In this document: piece after piece, positions 1 through 12,897 of the stretch
Layout: every line of letters begins with the position of its first letter
Position numbering within the stretch: the stretch's first letter is position 1
Translations under genes and position numbers: made by a program
NCBI GenBank assembly: GCA_040954595.2
Contig: CM082576.2
Coordinates: forward strand, 10,047,129-10,111,128
Origin: Balanoglossus misakiensis
Lineage: Eukaryota > Animalia > Hemichordata
Direction: 5' to 3'
DNA length: 64,000 nucleotides
Notes under the pieces: generated by a model
Seen by the model: the letters and a program-made list of their open reading frames with translations, nothing else
Databases searched by the model: none
Told to the model about the DNA's origin: nothing

Positions 1-52
1 TATGCACATTAAATGCCCAACAGAACTTGACAGCCCAGATTCTTCTCATCAG

Positions 53-293
53 ATGTTGGATGCAGTCGCTGATGGCATGACGTTTGGTGCATTGGAGCGT
101 TGTCCGGAGTGCAAAGGTGGCCAGCTGGTAATACGCAGCGACGGCTACCACTGCACTGGAAATCTAACTAGTTGGACCAAATGCATGTACACCAGCACAG
201 AGCCGGCCAAGAAGTCCAGCTGGGTGATACCTGATGACTTCAAGGAGATTAAATTTATGTGAGTAGAATAAGAATGGATTTTAATCAATGGAA

Positions 294-347
<54 letters not shown>

Positions 348-3300
348 CCAGACCAGGAAATATCAAAGCATTCATTTTCTGCATTTCATGTTTATAGGAA
401 AGATTTCAAGTTTAAGCCTTTCAACAAAGGAGTCAGAGTGTTTACAGAGGTGGCACCAGTTCCGTCAACATCTTCAGCAGCAGTGTAAGTTTTCCATCGA
501 TGGACATTTTTCTTCTTGATCCTCTAAGTTGAAGAAAGGGATGAGCAAGTAACTTTGAAAACAGATGAAAATGTGATATAGAGTGAAACTTCAGAAAGAT
601 TTGTACATTTTGTAATTGCCCTCTCTGTGATCATAGGCTAGGGGAGAGCACCCTCAATAATGGCTTTTTAAATATAAGAGCTAAAATCTCTGTTTCCTCA
701 TTTTGTAAAGTTTGATGCGAAATTCCTCTCTGCCTTGTGCAAATGGATTAATAGACTGTATATACTGTAACAGCCATGACATCTCAATAAAGAAACCGCA
801 ATGAATGTTCATCATTTTTTTAATCCCACTGCAGAGCTGCACCACCACCAGATAAACCACTGCAGAATGTCAAGGTTGGTCTGATCGGCAAACTGAGTAA
901 AACAAATAAAAATGTCACTAAGGAGATCAAAGACCTCGGCGGGGAAGTGGTAACCAAAGTTGATTCAACAGTTGCCTGCTGCATTAGCACTCAGGGTTGG
1001 TATTATTGCATTTTGAAGACATAATGGGAGGAAAAGTAACATTTTGATTCTGCTATTAATTAGAGGGACGAAAAGGCAAATCAGTATGAGAAAGTGTCCT
1101 CAACAGCTGTAAAAAGGCACACAAGTTTGTAACGGACCATAAAATTAAATTGAGTTTATCCAGTCAATTTTCACAGTACTGTATATAAAAAGTAACATTG
1201 AATCAGCATACCCTTCTCACCAAAGAAAGGACCAATTTATAATCCTCTTTTATGATAGCTGAAGTCAAGAAAATGGCCAAGAAGATGAAGGATGCAAAGT
1301 CAGCGGATGTCCACATCGTCTCAGAAGATTTCTTGGAGAACATCAAGAAGGGAGGGGCTGCTCTTATGATTGCTAAACACAGCATTGCATCATGGGGCGC
1401 AGATGTAAGTACATGTACTCCCCAAAATGAAAAGGGAAAAGCACCGTCTGGTTTGAAGATTTAATTTGAAATTTCCGAGCAGACAATAGTCTGTGTGGTC
1501 TTTCCTGATCAAGTTCCATGGCTGGATGTCAATTATCTTTGGTACAGGATTCATGAATGGAGAACGACCAGACAGCTTAAGGTTTTGTGACAGAAAAATC
1601 AGCTGGTCTCGAGTCGGTATCAAGTATTTCAAAATTGGCGTAATCTTGAATGACTTTTCTTTTCAGCCTGCTGCTAGAATTAACAGCAACATGACTCAAG
1701 TGGATGCTGGGCCAAGCAAGGATGACTGTATGTTCCATTTATTTTTCATTTCATAGAACGTTGTAGAGATTTTTCATAAGAGTCAGTGACTGTCGATGCA
1801 AAATTCTACTCTGTTATCTGTGCTAACTTATTCTTTACTATTGTTTGATCACAGTGGAAGAACTGAAATACAAGAAGGACGTTGATACGCTGAAGATGAT
1901 GGTGAAGGGCGGGGCTGCTGTGGACCCAGACTCTGGTATGTCAACAAATAAATCAAGTGGTCTTAACCCTTTCACCCCCCAGTTCCCTCTTTAGAGGTCC
2001 AACCTTACCATAGAAAACAACATGGGTTTGGACTGAACAATGGTGGTGAAAGGGTTAAGGTATAGTAGTTGCCTCCTGGACTGAAAACCTTTATTGTTTG
2101 TCATGCTGATGTGAAATATATGCATCATCATGGCATTGACAAATGTAATCTCTTTTACTCTTTTCAGGCATACAGGATACTGCACATGTTTATAACATTA
2201 AAGATCTAATATACAATGCTACATTAGGAATGGTGGACATCATGAGGGGCACAAACTCATTTTATAAACTACAGCTTCTTGAACATGACAATGGAAACCA
2301 GTGAGTGGAAATTCTTGTGTGACCTACATGTACATGTATGTGTGTGTGTGTGCATGCCCGTGTGTGTCTCCAGCCTTCCAAACAAATGAATATTCTCTTC
2401 CTCCTTTCAGTGGAAAAAATCACAACTTAATTCGATTTACAGGTCTGGAATGAAGCAGTTTATAGCAGATTTATTCATGGGATGCGTTGACATATATAAA
2501 ACAGAAAAGTGACAATTTGCTGTGACTTGGATATTTTCTCATTGTGTGTTTCTGTGTATAAACTGCAGTTTCAGCTGACAATTTAACCTGTGATATGAAT
2601 TTTTATCTGGTTTGTTTTTACCCAAACTCTAGGTGGTATTTGTTCCGTTCCTGGGGTCGCGTTGGTACAACAATCGGCGGAAACAAACTGGAAAAATTTA
2701 GCATTCTAACCGACGCCACAGCACAGTTCCAGTTCGTCTACAAAGAAAAAACTGGCAATGATTTTAGGGCCAAGGAGTTCAAAAAATATCCCAATAAATT
2801 TTTCCCGCTGGAAATTGATTATGGAGAGGTGAGTTAATTTGCTTCTTCAGTTTTGTGGAATTTTAGGCAAGTTTAACACATAAAACACCTAGAATACAGA
2901 AACAATTAGTGAAATATCAAACATGTATTGCCATAGAAACAGACTTACTGATTGGTTGTTTGTCTGATTGATTGATTGATTGATTGATTGACAGGATGAA
3001 GATCAGCAGGTAGACACATTGAAAGCAGGTTCTGGATCTCTGCTGCCACGAGCAGTTCAAGATCTGATGGTGATGATCTTTGACATTGACACAATGAAGA
3101 AAACTATGGTGGAATTTGAGGTAAAAATGTGAAGATGTTGTTATCTGATATTTGCAAGTGACGTACACTACTATTTTTTACTTGCTGTGTTGGCACTTTG
3201 CTGAAGAAATTCCAGAGCTAGTCTGTTTATGACTGATAGCAGTTATTTATGTCTTTCTTTTACAGATTGATTTGAAGAAGATGCCCCTGGGCAAGTTATC

Positions 3301-5770
3301 CAAGCGTCAAATAGAGAGTGCTTACTCTGTTCTCAGCGAGGCACTAAAGGTGAAGGAGCATATCTGAATCTGTCCAACTTGGCCAACTTTAGGTGTCAGT
3401 TTAGTTTGTAAGAATATAATTTTGTTGTTCTGCCAGCTGAAATGTGTTGAAATGGAAATTACAAATATGCAAAAGTAATATGTGGTACATATAGCTTAAC
3501 CCTGAGAATTTATCAACTTGTTCACAATATTTTTGTTTTTCTTTTCAGCTGATGGAAGGTGGTGGCAACACCAAGGCAGCCATCTTGGACTGCTCCAATC
3601 GATTCTACACGTTGATACCACACGACTTTGGACTGAAGAAACCAAAGATGCTGGACGATGTAGAACTCATCAAGGTGACCTTATTATTTCGCTTGACTTG
3701 ACAAAACTAAGATGCAAAAGTAGGATTATAGTTGTAGTGGATTATAGTTCCAAACCCACCTTCTCTGTACTCATATACCATATGAAACAAAAAAAATGGG
3801 ATGAAAAGATTTCCTTTGAATTTGTCTTCCCGTTTCCAGTCCAAGACCCAGATGCTGGATAATTTACTAGACATTGAAGTGGCCTACAGTCTTCTCAAAG
3901 GTGGAAGTAAAAAAGGAAAGGATCCAATTGATGCAAATTACGAAAAACTGAGATGCAGCATCAATGTAAGTCACTATTGCTTCAAGTCTGCAGAGTATTT
4001 CAATATAAAGGGATTTAGTCCGGGATGTTTCAGAGATTTAAGTAGAAGGCGATACAGTGATTAATCAAATGTAATAAATGATGATGGTAATAATTGTGTC
4101 CAGTACAAATATAGCTTCATAATTTGTTTAATGTGTGAATTAGAAGTGAATTTTCTCATAAATATGGAAAGGTAGGCTGTAGGGTAAAATCATTCACTCT
4201 TGCTAATCTGGGGACAATCTTTTCCTTCTTGTAGCCTGTGGGTAAAAAAAGCGCAGACTTCAAGATGGTGGAGAAATTCATCTCAAACTCAAATGATGCC
4301 AAGAGTTCGTTGGACTTGGAAGTACTGGATGTAAGTAAAAGTTGTACTGTCATTTTATGGAATGAGTTCTCGTAGGAGAATTTAATTATTTGAATTATTT
4401 GTATTGTTTTGTATTGTATTGCATTGCATTGCATTGCATTGCATTGCGTTGAAGTGTAGTGTAGTGAATTGTAGTGTACCATACTGAACTGTTTTCGATT
4501 TGCTTTTAGGATACTGTTGAGTCATTATATACATGTAGCAAATCTGCTTCACACAACAGGTGTTCGAAATTGAGCGTGAAGATGAACCAAAGAAGTTCAA
4601 ATCATTACACAACCGTCGCTTGTTATGGCACGGATCACGTGTGTCAAACTTTGCTGGTATTCTGTCTCAAGGGTTGCGTATCGCTCCCCCAGAAGCACCA
4701 CAGGTAAATGATGGTCATAATGTTTCAAGCTTATGTTATTGGTTTTTATGTGTATTTTCATCACTCTGGTCATTTATATTTTTATTCAGGGTAAGACATG
4801 ACTGTAAAACCATTTTTCCCTTACTTGTGTGTGCAGTGTTTTAAGATGATACTGGCATTACTGTTCCTGAAGTATGAAAATCGTTGTTCAGATTTTAGTA
4901 ATATTGACGACACCAAACAAGACTATAGTCTGCTGAAATTTCAGCCCATGAGGTGATTAACAATTGTAAAACGGATTTGATTCTTGCATGGTTTCTTTTG
5001 AATCTCGCAGTCTGGCTATCTGTTTGGGAAGGGCATTTACTTTGCTGACATGGTGGCCAAGAGTATGTGGTACTGCCGCACCAGCAAGTCTGACAATGTG
5101 GGACTGATGCTGTTGTGTGATGTTGCCCTTGGCGACATGTATGAAATCCCGCATACTGAATACATGGATAAAGCACCGTCCGGAAAACACAGCACCAGGG
5201 GTAAGTTCAGTCATTTGGACTACACGTACATTGGATTCTGGAAAAAAAAAATTCATGATCCATTCCCAGTCTCTGATCAAACTCCTGTTCCATTTCTCTT
5301 GCAGGTATCGGCAGGGTAGAACCAGATCCCAAACAGAGCTTGAAGAAAGACGGCTATGTGGTGCCCTATGGCAAACCTAAGAGTACAGGCGTTGGCAGAA
5401 GCTACAATGAGTATCCTTTCTTAGTCACCTCTGCAGAATTAATAAGATCTAGAATTTATCAATTCTGGGAGGAAATTTTTGTTAATTATTTTCGCATTTT
5501 GGTATTTTCCAATCTGTTGAAGTCATGAATAATATTGTGTCATTCATCTTCCGAAATCACATCGAAATTTGATTTGTGGGTTGAGTGGGGTTATTCACTG
5601 TTAAGAGATGTGCCAAGTTCACACATTATAAGTTTGATGCAAAGTGTATTTGGAACGCAAAGAAGATGAAAAAGCTTTCCTTAACTACTCTCTACAGATT
5701 CATCGTCTATGATATCACTCAGGTACAGATGAAGTACTTGATCAAGATCGACTTTAAGCACAGGTATTAA
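53..5770 (+). CDS. PARP1: Poly(ADP-ribose) polymerase 1-like (5' partial; Zn3/PADR1-BRCT-WGR-regulatory-catalytic)
   Basis: Exons ~53-258, 398-484, 835-995, 1259-1404, 1667-1727, 1855-1935, 2168-2300, 2633-2828, 2995-3120, 3266-3349, 3549-3674, 3840-3965, 4235-4330, 4560-4703, 5011-5200, 5305-5410, 5698-5770, all GT-AG and in phase. Motifs: [26 protein letters not shown] (Zn3), [24 protein letters not shown] (WGR), [49 protein letters not shown]. May be a divergent paralog rather than the ortholog. Confidence 0.93.
297..347. repeat. (GAT)17 microsatellite in a PARP intron
   Basis: Perfect trinucleotide run. It produces the poly-D/M/H ORFs in the track. Confidence 0.95.
1967..2054. mobile_element. 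88-bp piggyBac-like MITE
   Basis: TTAA|CCCTTTCACC...GGTGAAAGGG|TTAA: terminal inverted repeats with CCCT/AGGG ends and TTAA on both flanks (1963-1966, 2055-2058), inside a PARP intron. Confidence 0.7.
2965..2991. repeat. (TGAT)n tetranucleotide microsatellite
   Basis: About 6-7 copies immediately before the acceptor AG at 2993-2994. Confidence 0.85.
4399..4478. repeat. Compound pentanucleotide microsatellite (TTGTA/TTGCA/GTGTA)
   Basis: About 16 degenerate 5-bp units in a PARP intron. Confidence 0.85.
5411..5697 (+). other. U12-type (minor spliceosome) GT-AG intron in PARP1-like gene
   Basis: 5' site GTATCCTTT, branch point TTTCCTTAAC at 5676-5685, short spacer to the AG at 5696-5697. It splits the GA|A Glu codon of YNE. 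Confidence 0.92.
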
Positions 5771-8096
5771 AGAGAAAACTTGGATAGATACCGACTTTTT
5801 TTACAAAAGACAGAACTATCAGATAAACCAATGTTTCATTGTGAATCTCTTTAAAACTCACTTGGATTAAATACACCAAAAGTGTCTTTTTATACAAATT
5901 TTAATGAATCGTATTTCGACCAAAATTTGACAGGGTGTAGATAAATGTTTATGCACCTTGAAAATTGGTGTTTTAAAAGTTTTCCTGGTCAGTTCATACT
6001 AGTCAAAGCTTTAGTCTGACTAAGTAATTTCAACATGGCGGTATTCTCTCGTATCCTCATCTGTGCATTCATTATGACATGATCAAAGGATTGTACAATG
6101 TACCGGTAAACCATAAATCATTGATACAGGGTCATTGAAATTGGCTGAATCTGAATCTATACCCAAATATCATACTTTGTAGATATTTGTCTCTGCTTTT
6201 AGAAGTACCAGTTTTTAAAGCAATAGTTTTATATCAATATAGAATATATTTATGGCAGAATCTATGCAGAATAGTGGAAATATTTACAATGGAAAAAGTG
6301 TGTGTGTCTAGTTTCTTGTGGCATTTTAGAGGTTTTATCACTCAAAAAATGAATTTTTATCAGTCTTTGTTCTTTTCATATCTGTATTTCTGCTGAAGAA
6401 TGATTATTTTTTTCAAGAGTACAATATGGTTGCTTACTTTGAAAATATTTGTGTATGTGTGTCAAAATGAAATACAACCTTTTTGCCAAGTAAGCGTGTT
6501 TCGAATGAGATATCAACTTTTTACAAGAGACTTCCACTGTCAATGTTACAATTTTTTTGGGGGGGACACAATGTCAAGTATGTGGTTTTTAACACAGTCA
6601 TCAATGGTTTGGGACATAATCATGGCAATGATGTATTCATTACCCACTTTCATTTGTTGGAGTTTTAACGTTTGACGAGTAACGTGCCTTTAAAAATAAA
6701 CCGATACAGGCAATGCTTCTGCATTGTAATAGACTACCGCATCAAAAGGGATAACAAATTAAGAATCCGGTACTCGGTCGCGGGGTGGCGCCCGTCAGTA
6801 CAATTCGGGGTCATTCAAGGTCATCCGATGTTGTTATTTACAAGCAGGCGTGAACTATACTACGAACCCGTCATACCACATAATACCAGTCTTCAGACGC
6901 TGAACGCTTATCTTGTTATAATATTTCCTACAGAGGAACGGTAAGTTTACATCAAAATTTGATGCCATTCATTCAAAATTTTGAACGTTCCCTGTCACTA
7001 CTAAAGTCTATTCGACAGTCGACACTAGTCACTACCACATACAAACTGTAGTACAGGGATTATGGATAGGTCCTAACCTTAGTCCTTATGTACAAGCCAC
7101 AAAACCTGTGCTTGTAGTCGTAGGAACATACACATATCTCACATGGACTGAATAAGCGATCATTTATTTCAGTGTATACTGAAATGTTGGTATGATTTTA
7201 AGGTCAACATTTTCAACGTAATAATATTAACATGAATGCTACGAAAATGGGTCAGGGCCATCGAAAAATTAGGCTATACTATACAGTCCACACCTAGCCT
7301 ACTACATGTACATTGTACACTTAGTGATTGTTGTCACACATTGAGGTTTACTTGAGTTTGGTGTGCGACATATTACGAGTTCTTGTGGTTATTTTGGTAA
7401 CCTTGATTTTTTCCTCGACAATGTCAATGCCAAAGCATGTTTGCATTCAATCAAACATCGACATAGGCCCTATATTCGATTGTTGGATCTGTGCCAATCG
7501 GCCTTGCGTCTTTGGGCCTACCAGTCTTCATTTTTGGGGGCTAGTTGTTTACACACCTCAACTCCGTTTTCATGACGTGTGGCTTTGTGATAAAAGAACA
7601 CGTTGGAACCACTATTTATAGAACAAGCAAAGTCATAATAACCTTTTCTTGAACTCCGTGCCTCCGTACTTAGAAAGTAGGTTTGTGATCATGATAATGA
7701 CACTTATATTCCATGCAAACCCTGTAGGCATACTGATATTTTCTCCTGAAAAACAGCAATTTCATCAGATTTCCGATGTTTCTATCGTTGATCCTTTATA
7801 CCGATGCAGTCCAATATCGTACATCGATCAGAAACATCCGTAAATGCGGTCTTGCCCAGGATTCTTCATCGAGAAGTAATCTGATTCTCCGTAATGCAAT
7901 ATGACCTAGAGAATCACCAATAAAATGGTGAGTATATAAATATGCCAATCTTGAGAAATCGAACAATGCTTGTACCGTGATTCGATTTGGACCATAACTT
8001 CACGCGTTATCAACCTCTCGACACCGATCTCTATGATTAGGCTTAGAGTGTACATCGTTGGGAGAAAAGTTATATTCTCTCTCTCGACGTGAAAAG

Positions 8097-11000
8097 ATGG
8101 TAACTGACACATATATCGCTGTATCAGCCGTGTGTGTGTAAATTCTTATTTGTTGTCAACTTTTTTTATATTAATGCAGGACAACTACAAAGAGCAACTG
8201 TATGAAGCAATAACGACAAGAAAATTACAAGACGTTGAAGATTTGTTGGTCGGTGGACACTGTGACATCAATGAATGCAATCTGGGAGTGGTAAGCATAA
8301 AATATTTTGTATGAGTCCACAGAAAATGGTATAATTTATTGTGTGTATTTATACCCCAAGTAAGTGGATCGCAACTTGCATGTTTTTAAAAACACCGTAA
8401 TCAATAGTGTGTCGTAAAATTTCCATGTAGAAGTCTTCAAGTATTCGACTTTCATTCCGATCGTTTCTTTCCCGATGCACGTAAACCATCATCACTGCGT
8501 TCCGTCCTTTCTTTCGTATGTTAATTTATTAGAATGCTAGTTCTCCACTACATCTGGCGATAGACTATGACTTCAAAGAGTTGATAGTCTTTCTGCTGGA
8601 CAGACAGGTTGATCTGGAAGCTAAGAACAAGGTATAGTGTACAGCTTGTAACTACATGTAATGTTCTTTCCGTGAAGCGTAGCTTGTTCATTACGTAAAC
8701 GATGTCTCGGAAGGTAGCGATTTGTCTTCGAAAATCACTGCTACGACGCATCTAAGCTACTTCGTGGAGTGACCGTGCACACAGTTGACGAATAAATCTG
8801 ATATGTAACTTTCTAGTTTATAAATAAACGATAAAAGGAATTACAACATTGGGGAAGCTTTTCAAAAGTTTGAGTATCGTAAGTAATAGTATGGCTGCGG
8901 TGCGTTCACACCTGAAAATGAACTAAATTATTTTTTTCTCAGTATGACCAGACGGCCCTGGATGTTGCGGCGGGACTCGGCTGCAAAGACTTAGTGAAAC
9001 TACTTGTTGACGCAGGGGCTGACGTCAACTGTGAACGAAAGGTAATTTGGACCAAGGCTCCGCATGCAAAGTTTGCGATCGTTTATACACTCAAGACAAA
9101 AATGGCTATTACAACTTTACTGTATTCTATCTTCAAAAATGTCGCTCGTTGCCGCAAAGTGGTATTGCGTATTAACCATCATTTAACGCTTTAAAAGCAA
9201 ACTGGTGAAAATAAAAGTAACTTATTAGAGAATGCATTAAAATGTGTTTATAAATCCCCTATAAACTCGGTCAAACGTGTAACGGGCTGGGGATAGGCCC
9301 TCTGAGAATGTGACGTGAGTAGAGCACGAACGACGAACTTTGAAAACCAACGCCTGCATGGATACGTCAACTGCCAACTTGACTGCATCTCTCTCCCATA
9401 CAGGACGGTACTGGGCCTTTATACATGGCCGCACAGGAAGGTAACACGGACATCGTGCAGTCGCTTATTGAAGCCGGTGCCGATGTGGACAAAGGAACGA
9501 CCGTAAGTGTTTTGCAGGTCATGACGTCACCGACAGGGTTACATTTTACGTGCGATCATTTCTGTTTCTTTGCAACTACGAGTATGCAATGTGTTTTGGT
9601 GTGAAACTTTCGAGGATGAGTTGATAACTCGGTACGCGATCAATTCAACTTTCTCTTTTCCACACACAATCGTGCAATGTGGACCGAGTGCGTTTAGAAA
9701 TGCATCGTAGCTGGTCTTTAAAAAGAAATTTTAAGAATCTGACTTCGACTCGCGTCGCTTTTGCAGGACGGAGACACGTCACTGCACGCTGCTGCAAGAC
9801 ACGGTCACGTTGAAACGATGGATTGTCTGCGTCAGGCCGGTGCCGACATTTACCGTGAGACTGTGGTAAGCATGGCAACCGATAATCACAATCTTTTCGG
9901 CGTTTGCAGATTACTGTCAGACTCCCATCAATCCAGGCCAGGTCCACTGATTATTCTCTGCAGAAAATCAGCACGATTGAAACGATATTACGTCACGTGA
10001 CACGGCCTCACAAGCGAGATGGGTAAACCATTGAACGGAATGAAGAATTTTATGTACTAGGGAGGGATGGTCAATAAATTTTCACCACACGCATATTCTC
10101 AGTGAATAAACTACAGAATACTTTTTATTCATAGTTAGGTGCGACGCCATTAGATACTGCGAGCTTTAACGGTCACAACGACGCAGTCCTGTTTCTCTTG
10201 AATGCTGGGGCTATTGTGGACTCGAAAAGGAAGGTAAAAAAATAAATTCTAGAGAAACTCTGTTTTACAAGAAGTGATTGGAATCCGTTATTAGTTACAG
10301 CACAGTCGCTGTATGGGACTGTGGTTATGCTAGTCGCGCTAAAACGATCGGTCGCCGCGTTGCGTTGACCACGTTGCGTACCCCACCCCATCTTCTTTCC
10401 CTCGCGAGGCGATGTGCGACTGTCATTGTTCTTTCGTTCCAACTGTAATTTTGTTTTCATGCTCACAAATTTATCCACGCGTGTTTTTTTGTTGCACCAA
10501 CAAGGACGACACGACACCTTTGTACGTTGCAGCCCAACAAGGCCACGCAAAAGTTATGAAGACGCTGATCGATTCCGGTGCTGACATCAATAGTCGGGAT
10601 AAGGTAACACGAAGATTCACTCTCAGAGGCCAAATCCTGTCTGTTTAACTTTCTTCTTCTTCAAAAGAGTATTCTCTCCAAGTAATCAGTCTACAGGCTG
10701 GGGTAACCCGATCAAAGCTGAACCTTTTTTATACAAAATCGACCTGATACGGTGTTTTGTCCGTGATTTGTACTTTCGTTTCTTTAATCATGTCCGATTT
10801 TTTATATTAGAATGGGGCGACGCCGTTGTACGTAGCTGCCCAGGAGGGCCATTCAGAAGCAACTCAGTTGTTGTTGGCCGAAGGAGCCGATCCCTTCATA
10901 GCCAAAGAGGTAAACCAACAATCTTTATAGAATTTATATGTACATGTACCATTTTGTGTCTGTTTTGCACCGAATAACCGATCCGTTCGTCACATTCTCT

Positions 11001-12897
11001 GATATGGTGAACTACTAAAGGTTTTCGCAACGTTCATAAAGTGTGCATTTTCTTTTCAGGGCAAGTGGACACCCTTGCATATCGCGAAGTTGAACAAAAA
11101 GCCGGAGATCGTTTCTTTGCTCGTTCACAGTAACGCGGTAACTACCTCTTCTACAACTTATGCACTGTAATTGTCGTTCGAGTCTGGTGGTCGCTTGAAT
11201 TTGTAAAAGAAACAGTTTGGTCGGTCCGGAACGATCAAATAAATTTAGTCTCAACGAGAGTTAGAACTCGTTTGGCATCATCTAGCTAACGTTGACAACT
11301 AATAGTTTCAATTCTTCCGTGACTTTGAAACGCGGGATTGCAAATTTACTTTGAAATTTTGCCGTCTTTTCACAGAACGGACACAGTGAAACAACTGACA
11401 GCAAGCCGCCGTCTAAGAGTGCAAGTACTGGCACACCAAAAAACGATGTAAGTTCTTGGGCGACGATCATCATCTTCATTTTTAACCCCCCCCCCCTCAA
11501 AAAAAAGAGATCAAATATATTCAAGCGAGTTCAATGAATAATTCTATTTTCTGTACATGATGTATTGTTCGTTTGTGTTTCTTTTTACAGCAGCAGGTAG
11601 GATCGCCGCGATCGGGTAAAATCCCCGTGACACGGAAAGAAGCCCTGACAACCCTACCATTAGAGAAGGATAGGGTAAGTATTAATGACGATATGAAAGG
11701 GTAACAACAAACGTACAATGTGCAAATTTAGCCACAGTTACCATGGCAAGTTGATATCTAACCGATGGCAGATTTTCACGGGGTCCGGGTGACTACCTGA
11801 AAAAGAGCGCAGTCTATTAAATTCGGTTGAGAGTTTTTCTCAATATCATGTGCAAACTAATAATGTTTTGGAAACATGTTAATATGTGGACAAACGATTG
11901 AATGATGACTTCACTGTTCCTTTGAGTTCATTACTAAACGTTGGCTGTTCTGTCACTGATACTTACTCCCCCGCTTTTTTCAAAGGACGTGCCGTCTTCT
12001 CTACTCTGGGCGGTCAGACTTGGCGATCTCACCACTGTCCAGTGTGTCTTGATGAGAAAGTGTGACGTCAACTACATGAAATACGAGGTAGGATGTGGGC
12101 ATTAGAAAATGAACGTGTTTATAATATATATGCATCACAATTTCAGCAGAAGAACGATTTGACATTTTTGGTGACATTATTTGTGAGAATGTGTTCAAGT
12201 GTACATGCGAACATTTCCAGGGTCAGGCTGCATATGACGAGGCAGTACTCAGAGGGCGTCCTGACATGGCGGAAGTCATAGTAGAGAGATGCAAGGTACG
12301 GGTACATCCACTTTATACAGTATTTGATCAACTTTGTTGACATAGAGTGAAAACAGACAGGTGTCATGCCATATTGTCGTGGATAGTATAGTGGAAATCT
12401 TTAGTTTCGACGCACCGATATTGAAAGTCTGATGAAAACCGATTGATATCGGCTGGATACAAATGGGTTTTCGCAATATTTTCGTTAAATTTTGTTCGAT
12501 AAATTTTAGACTCGAGTAAAGTTTCCCGGATTGTCCTCTACAGAGGGGAAAGGCGGATAAGATGTTTTGTGAATATATAATTGTTTGTATGGTAACCGTT
12601 GAAGCCTGTGTGTGTCTCTCTCTTCCCGTAAAATCAAAGGAAGTACTGCGCGAATACTTAAAAGGCGAGAGTCGACGATGTTACCCGTACTGGAGAGTCA
12701 TTGCCAGGCACCTCAATGTAAATTACGATGACGTAGAGGAAGAAATCCTGGACGAGGATGACGGTGACGTTGCTACGGGCAACATCCGTGAATTGATGTG
12801 TTACAAAGTCTTCCTGCGATGGATCAATAACCAGTATCATTGGCCTGACATTGTCGGACTCAGAAAAGTCGTGGATGAAATCGAAGACGCCATATAA
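8097..12897 (+). CDS. Ankyrin-repeat protein with C-terminal death-fold-like domain
   Basis: Putative ATG at 8097-8099 followed by a GT donor. Exons 8180-8290; seven 99-nt phase-0 ankyrin exons (8533-8631, 8943-9041, 9404-9502, 9767-9865, 10135-10233, 10505-10603, 10811-10909); then 11060-11137, 11376-11447, 11591-11674, 11986-12087, 12221-12295, 12640-12897. TPLH/TPLY..A..G..GADVN motifs. The last exon WRVIARHLNV..DVEEEI..CYKVFLRW resembles a death domain. The start exon is uncertain. Confidence 0.85.

Noticed and set aside
145-519. Poly-H, poly-M and poly-D ORFs
   Set aside because: They come from the intronic (GAT)17 repeat. Only 398-484 is a real exon.
7330-7910. Coding-looking sequence on the minus strand with a TATA-like motif
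   Set aside because: All frames I translated contain stops and no recognisable domain. It may be a decayed repeat or pseudogene, but I cannot support that.
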